35,283 nucleotides of DNA. Origin: Dehalococcoidia bacterium (lineage in GTDB: Bacteria > Chloroflexota > Dehalococcoidia > Lucifugimonadales > UBA3495). Below are positions 18,949 to 28,395 of this stretch, piece after piece. The first letter of the stretch is position 1. Every line of letters starts with the position of its first letter. Under the pieces are notes generated by a model that worked only from the letters and a program-made list of their open reading frames with translations, was not told where the DNA came from and searched no databases. A program made the translations under genes and the position numbers. The stretch covers positions 1 to 35,283 of the forward strand of contig DASTLM010000058.1 of NCBI GenBank assembly GCA_035714945.1, written 5' to 3'.

Positions 18949-19779
18949 TCACCCCGTCCTCAACCCATCCTCAATCATCGCCCGGTTTATCTCCTGGTCC
19001 AGACAGATCCCCTCCGGCAACAAATACTTCCCCGGACGATCCCGGAGTTGGCCCAACCGCTGGCTTGCTTCCGGCGACCCCGGGCCGGCGGCCACCGTCC
19101 GCAGGGTCTCGAACAACAGGTAGGGTTCCCGCTGGTATTGCGCCTGACGGATCAGCCGGAATAGCTGGAAATCCTCGCCTTCTCTGGCCTTGATCTGAGA
19201 CACGTCCTGTCGGCCCAGGTCTTCCCAGTGGGCCTTGAACCTTCCGCCGACAATGGGAACGGTGCAGTAAGCGACCACCGGCCCCCGGTCCACTGCCTCG
19301 GTAGCCAGGTGGATCATGGTGCCGGTTTGAGATGCCCTGGTCTCGATCAGTTGCCAGACAACCTCTTGCCAGGTACCGATGGGGCCGTCGGGCAGCGCCG
19401 GATGCAGGTTCAGGAAGGGGAACCGTCGGCACATCACGCCGCCCAATATCAGCATATATCCAGCCAGGACACAAAGGTCAGGTTGACGGCCCGCCAACAA
19501 TCTGGATACCTGCTGGTCAAATTCCGCCCGGTGCCGGGCGAAAGTGCCGCCTCGCCGGCGCCGAAATTCGGCGGAGGAAAGGGTCACCAGAGGCAGACCA
19601 AATCGGTCAACCAGATCGAAAAACTGGTCCGAGCCTGCCGCCTCTCCCGGCGCCCGATTGCTGAAAACGAACTGGATCTGGGCATCCAACCTGCCCCTCA
19701 GTATTCGCTCCTGTACAAACTGCAACAGCCCCCGGGAGCCTTCACCCCTGCCGGTAGAGAACCAGCCGATGCTCAGCAT
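18949..19779 (-). CDS. formyltransferase family protein (PurN-like N-terminal domain)
   Basis: IGWFSTGRGEGSRGLL (GAR Tfase-like first strand/loop) and LNLHPALP (compare the PurN N.HPSLLP motif), plus a ~90-aa C-terminal extension. Start placed at ATG 19779, 1 nt after the xseB stop; the ORF-track start is 19800. Confidence 0.65.
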   Translation of the reverse strand: MLSIGWFSTGRGEGSRGLLQFVQERILRGRLDAQIQFVFSNRAPGEAAGSDQFFDLVDRFGLPLVTLSSAEFRRRRGGTFARHRAEFDQQVSRLLAGRQPDLCVLAGYMLILGGVMCRRFPFLNLHPALPDGPIGTWQEVVWQLIETRASQTGTMIHLATEAVDRGPVVAYCTVPIVGGRFKAHWEDLGRQDVSQIKAREGEDFQLFRLIRQAQYQREPYLLFETLRTVAAGPGSPEASQRLGQLRDRPGKYLLPEGICLDQEINRAMIEDGLRTG

Positions 19780-19780
19780 T

Positions 19781-20104
19781 TCAGGCGTCGGTCTCCTCAT
19801 CGTTCCATTGCAACCCTGGCCCCTGCAACCCTGGCCCCTGCAACCCTGGCCCCGGGGCAGAGCCGGGATAACTGTCCCTCAATTGGGTTATTTTCAACTC
19901 GGTCTCATTCAGCAGTTGGTTGCATCGCTGCACCAGCGCCATCCCCCGTTCGTATACGGCCGTAGCCTGGGCCAGGGGCAATCCTCCGGCTTCCAGGGCC
20001 TGGGCGGTTTCCCCCAAACGGCGGAAGGCATCTTCAAAGGTCATGGTTTCCGGGGTCATGGTTTCCGGGTCGCTACCGGACTCGCTCTTCTTTGGCCGTG
20101 GCAT
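19781..20104 (-). CDS. xseB: exodeoxyribonuclease VII small subunit
   Basis: TFEDAFRRLGETAQALEAGGLPLAQATAVYERGMALVQRCNQLLNETELKI is the XseB helical hairpin. It lies downstream of xseA. Both termini carry tandem repeats, and alternative ATGs exist at 20059 and 20044. Confidence 0.85.
   Translation of the reverse strand: MPRPKKSESGSDPETMTPETMTFEDAFRRLGETAQALEAGGLPLAQATAVYERGMALVQRCNQLLNETELKITQLRDSYPGSAPGPGLQGPGLQGPGLQWNDEETDA
19809..19853. repeat. tandem repeat, 15 bp x3 (tgcaaccctggcccc), in frame in the xseB 3' end
   Basis: Three perfect copies encoding (GPGLQ)x3. Confidence 0.95.
20039..20068. repeat. tandem repeat, 15 bp x2 (ggtcatggtttccgg), in frame in the xseB 5' end
   Basis: Two perfect copies. 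Each contains an in-frame ATG (20044, 20059) and together they encode ETMTPETMT. Confidence 0.95.
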
Positions 20105-20215
20105 CAGCAGGAATTCCTTAAATTGATCTGGAGACTAGTCTACCCGAGAGCAGCCCAGGAAGGAAGGTAAATACCGGCCCGAAGTAGCGCCAGCCGGGAT
20201 GTCCCAACGGGACTC

Positions 20216-21463
20216 TTACAACAACCGCTCCATCTCCAGGACCTCCGCCGCCTTTCTCTTCCTGGCCGGAGGGCTGACCCGGCTAATATTGCCTGCCGTC
20301 GCCGGGATGGCGCCATCGGACAGGGTGATGGTTAAAGCGTCCCCGTTGGACACCTGGGCAGCGCTGGTAACTACCGCGTCGTTGTCCACCCGCTGCACCA
20401 CCGAGAAACCCCGTCGCAGGATGGCTGCCGGGTCCAAGGCGCCCAATCGCTGTTCCAGGCCGGCAACTTCAACCCTGGTCAGGGCCAATCGATTGGTCAA
20501 CGAACTATGGACATCTCGCCCCAGGTCGTCCACCCGACGCCGCCAGGTTTCCCAGTCCGGCAGCGCCCGGTCCAACCCTCGGGCCAGAGCTGCCACTTCG
20601 GCTCCCCGGTGCTGCAACTCGTAGGCGATGGCCCGCTGCGAGCGAAGCATCAACTCGGACAAATCCTGCCTGAGCACGTTCCCATCGGGGACAACCAGTT
20701 CCGCCGCCGCCGAGGGCGTGGGGGCCCGGACATCGGCCACCAGGTCGGCGATGGTCACGTCGGTTTCGTGGCCCACCGCGCTGACCACGGGAATCCGGCT
20801 GGCGTAGATGGCCCGGGCCACTGACTCTTCGTTAAAGGGCCAGAGCTCTTCCAGAGACCCGCCGCCCCGGGCCACGATTATCACGTCGGCGCGGCCATTG
20901 CGGTTCAACGCCTCAATGGCGGCGACAATGTTGGGCGCGGCCCGGTCCCCCTGTACCTGAGTGGGCGACAGCAGCAGTTCGACCAACGGATAACGACGCT
21001 GAATCACGTTCTGAATATCGTGAAACACCGCGCCAGAGGGCGAGGTTACCACGCCAATGACCTGGGGAAATCGGGGCAATGGACGCTTGCGTGATTCCTC
21101 GAACAGGCCCTCAGCGCCCAACCGTAGCTTCAGCCGCTCCAGTTCCAGGGCCAGTTCGCCCACGCCTTCGGCCATGACCAGGTCAACCATAAAGTCGGTG
21201 GAACCCCGGGGTTCGTAGAAGCTCAGGTGCCCGTGGGTTGACACCGAAGTGCCGCTGGCCAGTAGACCCGCCCCGGTCTGACCCTTGAACATGACGCAGT
21301 TCAACACCGCCTGGCCGTCTTTGAGGGTGAAGTAGGAGTGACCGGCTGAGGATACCCGCAGGTTGGAGACCTCGCCCAGCACGTAGAGGTCCGACAGGAG
21401 GGGATCGGCCTCCAGCGACTCCCGCAAATAGGCGGTGACCTGACTGACGCTGTAAACCGCCAC
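20216..21463 (-). CDS. xseA: exodeoxyribonuclease VII large subunit
   Basis: 415 aa. YSVSQVT.YL...LE......L.V.GE.SN......GH.YF.LKD OB-fold N-terminus and the GRADVIIVARGGGS.E.L..FN.E catalytic domain. Confidence 0.92.
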   Translation of the reverse strand: MAVYSVSQVTAYLRESLEADPLLSDLYVLGEVSNLRVSSAGHSYFTLKDGQAVLNCVMFKGQTGAGLLASGTSVSTHGHLSFYEPRGSTDFMVDLVMAEGVGELALELERLKLRLGAEGLFEESRKRPLPRFPQVIGVVTSPSGAVFHDIQNVIQRRYPLVELLLSPTQVQGDRAAPNIVAAIEALNRNGRADVIIVARGGGSLEELWPFNEESVARAIYASRIPVVSAVGHETDVTIADLVADVRAPTPSAAAELVVPDGNVLRQDLSELMLRSQRAIAYELQHRGAEVAALARGLDRALPDWETWRRRVDDLGRDVHSSLTNRLALTRVEVAGLEQRLGALDPAAILRRGFSVVQRVDNDAVVTSAAQVSNGDALTITLSDGAIPATAGNISRVSPPARKRKAAEVLEMERLL

Positions 21464-21466
21464 CGG

Positions 21467-22033
21467 CTAGCTGACCCGCTCCGTGTACTCCCCGGTCCGC
21501 GTATCGACCTTGATGATGGACCCGGTGGTAATGAAGGTGGGCACGGTGACTCGCAAGCCAGTTTCCAGGGTCGCGGGTTTGTTGCCGCCCTGAGCGGTGT
21601 CACCCTTGAAGGCGGGGGGTGTGTCCACGACCTTCAACTCTACGTGAGTCGGTACGTTGACGTTAATCGGTGCGCCCTTGTAATAGATTATCTCCACCAT
21701 CATGTTCTCTTTCAGGTATTCCAGGGCGCCGGCCAACTGTTCCTTGCTCAGTTCGTACTGGTCGAAGGTCTCCTGGTCCAGGAAAAAATAGTAGGTGCCG
21801 TCGGTGTAAAGGTACTGGGCCTGCCGGCTGTCAATTTCCGCCACGGTGAAGTTGGTGTGGTATTGCTGGAAGGTGCGCTCCACCACCGTTCCGGACAGCA
21901 GGTTCTTCATCTTGATGCGGGTGACCGGCGCCCGCTGCTGCATCTTGTGGCGTTCGTAGTCAATGACCTGCCAGGGCTGACCGTCCAGTTCGATGACCAT
22001 GCCCCGGTTCAAATCGCCAAAGTTAATGCTCAT
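21467..22033 (-). CDS. efp: elongation factor P
   Basis: MSINFGDLNRGMVIELDGQPWQVIDYERHKMQQRAPVTRIKMKNLLSG... Start placed at ATG 22033 (GGAGGG upstream, 188 aa); the ORF-track start is 22063. Confidence 0.95.
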   Translation of the reverse strand: MSINFGDLNRGMVIELDGQPWQVIDYERHKMQQRAPVTRIKMKNLLSGTVVERTFQQYHTNFTVAEIDSRQAQYLYTDGTYYFFLDQETFDQYELSKEQLAGALEYLKENMMVEIIYYKGAPINVNVPTHVELKVVDTPPAFKGDTAQGGNKPATLETGLRVTVPTFITTGSIIKVDTRTGEYTERVS

Positions 22034-22125
22034 AACAGCCCTCCGATCCAGCAGTTCCAGCACCAGTAATTCCAGTATCCGTAGTGTACTTTAAGTGGCG
22101 GGCATAAGACCAGCAGGAGAGGGGC

Positions 22126-23202
22126 TCATTTGCGCGCCTTGCTCAGCGGTCTGGCCCCGGCCTCTTCCAGCAATACAATGTCTTCAATTCGCACACCACC
22201 CCAACCCGGAATGTAGATCCCCGGCTCGACGGTAAACACCGTACCCACCGCCAGGTTGTCCTCAGAACCGGGTCCGACCCGGGGCCCTTCGTGCACCGCC
22301 AGTCCGACTCCGTGTCCCAGGCCATGCCCGAAGTTATCGCCGTAGCCCGCTCCCTGGATCACCGACCGGGCCAGGCGGTCGCATTCCCCACCGCTCATGC
22401 CAGGCCGCACTATGGAAATCGCGGTAAGTTGAGCGCCCAGGACGATGTCATAGACCTGGCGGAAGGTCTCATCTTCGTGGCCCAGCACTACCGTGCGGGT
22501 AATGTCGCTGCAGTAGCCGCCAACCCGGGCCCCCAGGTCAATGACCACGGGCTCGCCCGGTCGAACCGTCCGGTCGGTGGGCCGGTGGTGAGGCATGGCC
22601 CCGTTGGGGCCGGACGCCACGATGGTGTTGAAGCTGACGCTTTCAGCGCCAGAGTCGCGCATCGCCTGCTCCAGCCGCCAGGCAACTTCCCGCTCGGTCA
22701 GGCCTTCCCTCAGAGTGGGACCCACCGCGGCCATCGCTGAATCCGAGGCATCAATGGCCCGCTGCAATAGGGCCAACTCCTCTCGATCCTTGACTGCCCT
22801 CAACTCTTCGACGGTCCCCGAAGTTGTCACCAGGGATACGCGGTCGAGGGAGGATTCCTGCCGGATCGATTCCAACAGGCGGTGGTGTTCGGCCACCGTC
22901 AGGTGTTCACTCTCGAAGCCCAACCGGCTGACCCGGGATTTCTGCAACGACTGGACCAGCCAGTCCCAGCCGGAGCGGGCCGACACCACCTGGAAATCTG
23001 GTGCCTGGTTATTGGCCTGCTCGGTGTAGCGGGAATCGGTGGCAAGTATTGCGTGGTCTCGGGTGATCAGCAGATTACCTGCCGAGCCGGTAAAACCCGA
23101 CAAGTACCGCCGGTTTTCCGGCGTGGAGACCAGCATACCGCCCAGTTGGCGCCGGTCCAGGGCATCGATCAGCCGGAGCAGCCGGTCATTCTGGTTATTC
23201 AA
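22126..23202 (-). CDS. pepP: Xaa-Pro aminopeptidase (M24 family)
   Basis: Creatinase-like N-domain plus the M24 metal ligands (VVIDLGA..GGYCSDITRT, HGLGHGVGLAVHEGP, FTVEPGIY). It sits between aroQ and efp as in the Bacillus yqhS-yqhT-efp block. Start inferred at TTG 23202, overlapping the aroQ stop. The ORF-track start 23322 would overlap aroQ by 124 nt. Confidence 0.85.
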   Translation of the reverse strand: MNNQNDRLLRLIDALDRRQLGGMLVSTPENRRYLSGFTGSAGNLLITRDHAILATDSRYTEQANNQAPDFQVVSARSGWDWLVQSLQKSRVSRLGFESEHLTVAEHHRLLESIRQESSLDRVSLVTTSGTVEELRAVKDREELALLQRAIDASDSAMAAVGPTLREGLTEREVAWRLEQAMRDSGAESVSFNTIVASGPNGAMPHHRPTDRTVRPGEPVVIDLGARVGGYCSDITRTVVLGHEDETFRQVYDIVLGAQLTAISIVRPGMSGGECDRLARSVIQGAGYGDNFGHGLGHGVGLAVHEGPRVGPGSEDNLAVGTVFTVEPGIYIPGWGGVRIEDIVLLEEAGARPLSKARK

Positions 23203-23648
23203 TGTGAGTTCTCGTCTTGCAGCAGCCCCACCATTATATCCAGCGCGGCGGTGTAGCTGCGCCAGCCAAACCCGGCGATCTGACCTCTGGCGATGTCGGC
23301 GATGACCGAGTGCCGCCGCCACTCTTCGCGGGCGTGAATGTTGCCCAGGTGCACCTCAATCACTGGCACGGCGGCGTCGATGAGGGCGTCCTTGAGGGAA
23401 TAGCTGTAGTGGGTCAATGCCCCGGGGTTGATGACAATTCCGTTGATGTTGCCCCAATTCTCCTGAATACAGTCAATCAGACTGCCTTCGGAGTTGGACT
23501 GGAAGAAGGCGATATCCGCGCCCAGCAATTTGGCCTTTTGGGCCACCTTCTGGTTGACCTGCTCCAGGGTCATCGTGCCGTAAATCTCCGGGTTGCGACG
23601 CCCCAGGAAGTTGATGTTGGGACCGTTCAGCACCAGAATTTTGGTCAT
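23199..23648 (-). CDS. aroQ: type II 3-dehydroquinate dehydratase
   Basis: MTKILVLNGPNINFLGRRNPEIYG, FQSNSEG.LID.IQ, INPGALTHYSY.L.DA, EVHL.NIHAREE.R. Confidence 0.95.
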   Translation of the reverse strand: MTKILVLNGPNINFLGRRNPEIYGTMTLEQVNQKVAQKAKLLGADIAFFQSNSEGSLIDCIQENWGNINGIVINPGALTHYSYSLKDALIDAAVPVIEVHLGNIHAREEWRRHSVIADIARGQIAGFGWRSYTAALDIMVGLLQDENSH

Positions 23649-23673
23649 GGTTGCTCTTTAACCGGTGGTCCGG

Positions 23674-24633
23674 TTACCCCGACGCCCTCGGGTGATAGTT
23701 GAGATAGGCGTTTCTGGCTTCCACCCTGGTGATATGGGTATAATGCTGGGTCGTCGTGGGGCTGGAATGGCCCAGCAGTTCCTGTATCACTCGCAGGTCG
23801 GCGTGCCCTTCCAGCATATGACTGGCGAAGGTATGACGCAGGGTGTGGGGGTGCACCCCGTTACGCAGCCCGGCCCGGGCGGCATACTGACGCACCAGCT
23901 TCTGGAAACTCCGGCGGGACAGCCGCTGACCGTACCGGTTCAGGAACAGGGCTGGCGTGGCAACGGCGGCCAGCATGGGGCGGCTGTCGGATAAGTAACT
24001 CCGCAGGGCGTCCTCAGTGGGTTTGCCGAAGAGCACCCAGCGCTCCCGGGAGCCTTTGCCCCGCACCAGGATTTCTCTGCTGGCGAATTTGATGTCCGGC
24101 AGGTCCATCCCGTGTATCTCGGCTAGCCGCACGCCACAGGAGTACAGCACCTCAAGAATGGCCCGGTCGCGCCGACCCAGAACCTCAGAGGTGTCGGGAG
24201 TTTCCAGCAGGCGGGCCGCTTCCTGCTGGCCGAGGAAGGCAGGCAAGGGTTTTTCGACCTTGACCTGAAAGCTGCGGCCGTTGGGAACCGGGCTGGAACG
24301 GAACCACTCTTCCTGCACCAGAAACCGATAGAAGGAGCGCAGCGCGGTCAGTTTGCGGGTGATGCTGACCCGAGCGTAGCCTTCCCGTCCGTCCCGGGCC
24401 GAGGTGGCCAGCCAGGCCAGGTAGCCCCGCAGCAATTGCCGGTCCATCTGGGAGGGGTCCCGGCGTTCCTGGGCCAGATATTGCCGGAAGGACTCCACAT
24501 CTGTCAGATAGATGCGAAGGGTATTTTCGGAAAGACCCCGCTGGCCCCGCAGGTACCGTGCGTATTTCTGGGTGAGGTCGTTGAAATTGCTGCCCCCCGG
24601 GGGGCTGGCGTCGGAAGCAGGTCTAGTCGCCAA
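23674..24633 (-). CDS. xerC: site-specific tyrosine recombinase XerC/XerD family
   Basis: SAM-like N-domain (YLRGQRGLSENTLRIYLTDVESF) and the catalytic RLAEI...HTLRHTFASHML..GADLR.IQELLGH......T..YTH. Housekeeping context directly downstream of topA. Apparent TTG start overlapping the topA stop. Confidence 0.85.
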   Translation of the reverse strand: MATRPASDASPPGGSNFNDLTQKYARYLRGQRGLSENTLRIYLTDVESFRQYLAQERRDPSQMDRQLLRGYLAWLATSARDGREGYARVSITRKLTALRSFYRFLVQEEWFRSSPVPNGRSFQVKVEKPLPAFLGQQEAARLLETPDTSEVLGRRDRAILEVLYSCGVRLAEIHGMDLPDIKFASREILVRGKGSRERWVLFGKPTEDALRSYLSDSRPMLAAVATPALFLNRYGQRLSRRSFQKLVRQYAARAGLRNGVHPHTLRHTFASHMLEGHADLRVIQELLGHSSPTTTQHYTHITRVEARNAYLNYHPRASG

Positions 24634-26917
24634 CGGGAGCCAACTCCGGTTCCGGTTCTGCCGGGGCCATTGCCGGCGCCTCTTCCGGTTCGGCTTTCCA
24701 GGGGCAGTTGGTGCAGGCGACGCCGTCCGGCGCCTCCGCGACCATCAATCCGCCGCACTTCGGGCAGGGTTCGGCCACCGGACGCTGGTTAAGTATCAAG
24801 TCACACTCCGGGTATTTGGAGCAACCGAAGAAGGGACGCCGCCGTCCTCGGGAACGACGCTCGACGATGTCGCCGCCGCACTTGGGGCAGGCTATCCCAA
24901 TGCGGTGCAAGATGGGCTTGGTGGTGCGGCATTCCGGAAAGCCGGTGCAGGCGATGAACTTGCCGAAACGACCGGCTTTGATCACCATGGGTTTGCCGCA
25001 GGTACCGCAGATTTCGTCGGTCTCTTCGTCCATTTTGATCTTGGGCATGTTTTCCTGGGCCGATTCCAGGGCCTTTTCGAACGGCCCGTAGAACTCCCGG
25101 AGCATGGGCACCCACTCCCGCTCCCCCTGGGATACCTCGTCCAGTTCGCCCTCCATCCGGGCAGTGAAGTCCAGGTCCATCACGTTGGTGAAATATTCGG
25201 TTAACAGGTCGGTCACGGTGATACCCAGTCTGGTGGGAATCAGCCGGGCCTGGTCCTTCTCGACGTAATTCCGATCCAAAAGCGTTCCGATGGTGGGCGC
25301 ATAGGTGCTGGGACGGCCAATGCCCCTTTCCTCCATCGCCTTGATCAGGGTAGCTTCAGTAAAGCGGGGCGGTGGCTGGGTGAAGTGCTGCCGGGGTTCC
25401 AGCTTCAAGCAGTTCAAACCATCGCCACTGGCCAGTGCCGGCAGCAACTTGCGGTGGTCGTCGTCATCTCCATCGTCGCGACTTTCCAGGTAAAGGGTGC
25501 GGAATCCGGGGAATTTGAGCACCGAGCCGGTGGCCCGAAATTGGTAGACGTTGTCCGACTGTTGGCAAGCGGCTTCGATGTCCACGGTGGTGGCTTCGGA
25601 GCGGGCGTCAGCCATCTGGCTGGACAGCATCCGGGACCAGACCAGGGTGTACAGACGGTGCTGCTCGCTGCTCAACGAATCCTTCAGCGTTTCCGGGTCT
25701 CGCCGGACGGAGGTTGGTCGGATCGCCTCGTGGGCTTCCTGGGCGGATTTAGCCCTGGTCTTATAGACTCTGGACTTATCCGGCAGGTATTCCCGGCCGT
25801 ACCGTTGCCGAATATAATCCCGGGCTTCGTCAATTGCCGTCGGCGCCACCTGAACCGAGTCAGTACGCATGTAGGTAATCAAACCCACCGAACCCTCACC
25901 GGGTACGGTTATTCCCTCGTACAGCTGCTGGGCCACCATCATGGTGCGCTGAGCGGTGAAGCGCAGCTTCCGCCCGGCCTCCTGTTGCATGGTGCTGGTG
26001 GTGAAGGGCGCGGTGGGGCGCTGGCGCACGTCGCGCTTCTTGACATCGGTGACGGTGTAGGCGGCGTCCTTCAACTCGGTCTCGTAGCTGTGGGCTTCAT
26101 CCTCTCGGGCGATGCCCAGACGACCTTTCTTTCCCTTCAGCGAATGCAAGGTGGCGGTAAAGGCCTCCGGCTGGTCCGCCGGGTCGGTCTGACGGTGCAA
26201 AGTGGCATCAATAGTCCAGGACTCCACCGGAACGAAAGCCTCTATTTCCCGCTCACGGTCGGTGACCATGCGCAGGGACACCGACTGCACTCGACCGGCA
26301 GACAGGCCGCGTTGCACCCGCCGCCACAGCAGTGGGCTGAGCTGGTAGCCCACCAGCCGGTCAAGAATGCGCCGGGCCTGCTGGGCGTTGACCATCGGCA
26401 TGTCGATTTCTCGCGGGTGCTGGAAGGCTTCTGCCACCGCCTGCTTGGTTATCTCATGGAACACCACCCGCTTGGGAGGATTGGGCCGGGTGTCCCAGCC
26501 GGCGGCGGTCTGAATGTGCCAGGAAATGGCCTCTCCTTCCCGGTCCGGGTCGGTGGCCAGATAAATCTCGGTGGCCGCGTCGCCCGCCTTCTTCAGCTCG
26601 GTCAGCAGCGACTTCTTCTCCTTCATTGTGACGTAAGATGGCTGAAAGTCATTTTCAAAGTCCACACCCATCTTGCCTTTGGGCAGGTCTCTAACGTGCC
26701 CCTGGGAGGCGGTGACTACATACTTATTACCCAGAATCTGGCCGACAGTCCGGGCCTTGGCCGGTGACTCCACAATGACAAAGCTTTTGCCGGCGGTCTT
26801 GAGGGAACCGGCCTTTTTCTTCGCAACGGCCCTGGCCCTGGTGGTCCTGGGCTTGGTGGTCCTGGCCTTGGTGGTCTTGGCCCCGGCGGGAGCTTTGGTT
26901 GTTGTTTTAATTACCAT
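24623..26917 (-). CDS. topA: DNA topoisomerase I
   Basis: TOPRIM (VIVESPAKA...LATDPDREGEAI), the active-site region ITYMRTDS, and three to four C-terminal Cys4 zinc ribbons. It has a basic repeat-bearing N-terminal extension. Confidence 0.95.
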   Translation of the reverse strand: MVIKTTTKAPAGAKTTKARTTKPRTTRARAVAKKKAGSLKTAGKSFVIVESPAKARTVGQILGNKYVVTASQGHVRDLPKGKMGVDFENDFQPSYVTMKEKKSLLTELKKAGDAATEIYLATDPDREGEAISWHIQTAAGWDTRPNPPKRVVFHEITKQAVAEAFQHPREIDMPMVNAQQARRILDRLVGYQLSPLLWRRVQRGLSAGRVQSVSLRMVTDREREIEAFVPVESWTIDATLHRQTDPADQPEAFTATLHSLKGKKGRLGIAREDEAHSYETELKDAAYTVTDVKKRDVRQRPTAPFTTSTMQQEAGRKLRFTAQRTMMVAQQLYEGITVPGEGSVGLITYMRTDSVQVAPTAIDEARDYIRQRYGREYLPDKSRVYKTRAKSAQEAHEAIRPTSVRRDPETLKDSLSSEQHRLYTLVWSRMLSSQMADARSEATTVDIEAACQQSDNVYQFRATGSVLKFPGFRTLYLESRDDGDDDDHRKLLPALASGDGLNCLKLEPRQHFTQPPPRFTEATLIKAMEERGIGRPSTYAPTIGTLLDRNYVEKDQARLIPTRLGITVTDLLTEYFTNVMDLDFTARMEGELDEVSQGEREWVPMLREFYGPFEKALESAQENMPKIKMDEETDEICGTCGKPMVIKAGRFGKFIACTGFPECRTTKPILHRIGIACPKCGGDIVERRSRGRRRPFFGCSKYPECDLILNQRPVAEPCPKCGGLMVAEAPDGVACTNCPWKAEPEEAPAMAPAEPEPELAPVGD
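26837..26881. repeat. tandem repeat, 15 bp x3 (c[c/t]tggtggtc[c/t]tgg[g/c]), in frame in the topA 5' end
   Basis: Encodes AKTTK-ARTTK-PRTTR at about codons 13-27. Confidence 0.9.
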
Positions 26918-26964
26918 ATAGTCTTAGTTACCATATTAGTTACCATATATTAGTCACCATATAT
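26908..26964. repeat. four imperfect copies of TAGTTACCATAT (period 12-17 bp) spanning the dprA stop and the topA start
   Basis: Copies are taattaccatata / gtcttagttaccatat / tagttaccatatat / tagtcaccatatat. Copy 1 holds the topA ATG (26915-26917). Copy 4 encodes the last dprA codons, with the TAA stop straddling the copy 3/4 boundary (26950-26952). Confidence 0.9.
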
Positions 26965-28164
26965 TGGACTTGCCTCGCGTATCCTGACGTAGTGCATGCA
27001 CCCCACCTGCTTGACCATACCCTTGAGCTCCAGCAGGGTTAACAGGCTGCTGATCTCGGTGATGGGCATGCTGGCACGCCTTCTCAGGTCATCGATATGT
27101 ATCGGTTCATGGTCAATTTGCCCCAGCAGTTTCGACTCGCCATCGCCACTGACCGGCAGCGCCGGAACCGGCTCTTGAGCCAGCCGCATCTGAATCTGAC
27201 GGCCCACGAAGCTCAGGTTCAACTCTTCCATCACGTCGTTGGCGCTGCTTACCAGTTTAGCACCTTCCTGAATTAGCCGGTTGGTCAAGTGGCTGGCCGG
27301 GGAGAAAATGCTGCCCGGAACGCAGAAAACTTCCCGGTCCTGATCCAGAGCATGGTACACCGTCCAGCGGGCGCCGCTGCCCTCGGCGGCCTCCACCACC
27401 AGGGTTCCCAGGCTGATGCCGCTGATCAGGCGATTGCGCCGGGGAAAGCTGCGGGAGTCGGGCCGGATGCCCAGGGGCACCTCGCTGACCACCGCCCCCT
27501 GACCAGATATGCGCTGGGACAGGGTGGCATGCTCCTTGGGATAAATGATATCCAGTCCATTGGCCACCACCGCCAGGGTGCGCTCACCCGAATCTAACGC
27601 GGCCCGGTGGGCAATGCCATCGATGCCCAGGGCCAGCCCGCTGACGATGGCGATCCCGTTTCTGGCCAGTTCAGAGGTCAGGGTGGCGGCGACTTCCCGG
27701 CCGTAGGTGGTGGGACTGCGGGTGCCGACCACCGCCACCGAACGTTCGTCCGAAGGCAGCAACTCCCCTTTATAGTAGAGCACTGGCGGAGGGTCATGGA
27801 TTTCCTTGAGGCGGGCCGGATATGCCGGGTGGTGCCAGTTGACGGCTTTGACTCCAGCCCTGGCCAGGTTGGCCATCTCATCGTCGGGAGAGACCTTGCG
27901 GCGGGCCGCAACGATCTCGTTGGCTACCCGGGCCTCCATGCCGGCGGCTTTAAGCTCGCTGTATGAAGCCTTCCAGACGTTTTCGGCCGCGCCAAAATAG
28001 GCCTCCAAACGGCGAAAACGGATGGTGCCCAGGAGGCGCACCCGACCGAGGGCGACCCAGTATTTTAACTGTTCCACGTTGCCTGTTCCATGTTGGGATG
28101 ATAGCACAGCGGTAAAGCAGCGAACAACGTAGGGCTTGACCGAATTAGGCGAGGATGCAGCCAA
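26950..28164 (-). CDS. dprA: DNA processing protein DprA (Smf)
   Basis: Rossmann-like DprA core (VAVVGTR.PT.YG...A..L...LA..G..IVSGLA.GID..AH..AL, VVA.GLD..YP..H) and a C-terminal winged-helix-like domain. It lies upstream of topA, as with Bacillus smf-topA. The true start may be downstream of 28164. Confidence 0.88.
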   Translation of the reverse strand: MAASSPNSVKPYVVRCFTAVLSSQHGTGNVEQLKYWVALGRVRLLGTIRFRRLEAYFGAAENVWKASYSELKAAGMEARVANEIVAARRKVSPDDEMANLARAGVKAVNWHHPAYPARLKEIHDPPPVLYYKGELLPSDERSVAVVGTRSPTTYGREVAATLTSELARNGIAIVSGLALGIDGIAHRAALDSGERTLAVVANGLDIIYPKEHATLSQRISGQGAVVSEVPLGIRPDSRSFPRRNRLISGISLGTLVVEAAEGSGARWTVYHALDQDREVFCVPGSIFSPASHLTNRLIQEGAKLVSSANDVMEELNLSFVGRQIQMRLAQEPVPALPVSGDGESKLLGQIDHEPIHIDDLRRRASMPITEISSLLTLLELKGMVKQVGCMHYVRIREASPIYGD

Positions 28165-28395
28165 TTGGAGTATCCATAATCTCCCCCGAATCTCCCCCTG
28201 GTGTATTCAGATTGGGACGCTTCCCCTGGTTTTGGCTCCGAAATGTCATAATACTGGCACTGTAGCTTACTCCCAGGCTAATTGGTGGTCTGTCACACTG
28301 GGCCCGGGGCCCTGGTGAAGCTACTCTTCAACCAGAGGGCAGGAACCAAAGGGTCAACCGAGCATGAAATAACTGTGGACCAGGCCGATTTCCGA

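Noticed and set aside
23674-24633. Tyrosine recombinase as a marker of an integrated mobile element
   Set aside because: It sits in the conserved dprA-topA-xerC housekeeping arrangement and overlaps the topA stop. It has no flanking tRNA, direct repeats or phage or plasmid genes, so it is most likely the chromosome-dimer resolvase.
25385-26767. 460-aa plus-strand ORF antisense to topA
   Set aside because: Shadow ORF opposite a clear topoisomerase I gene, with no recognisable motifs.
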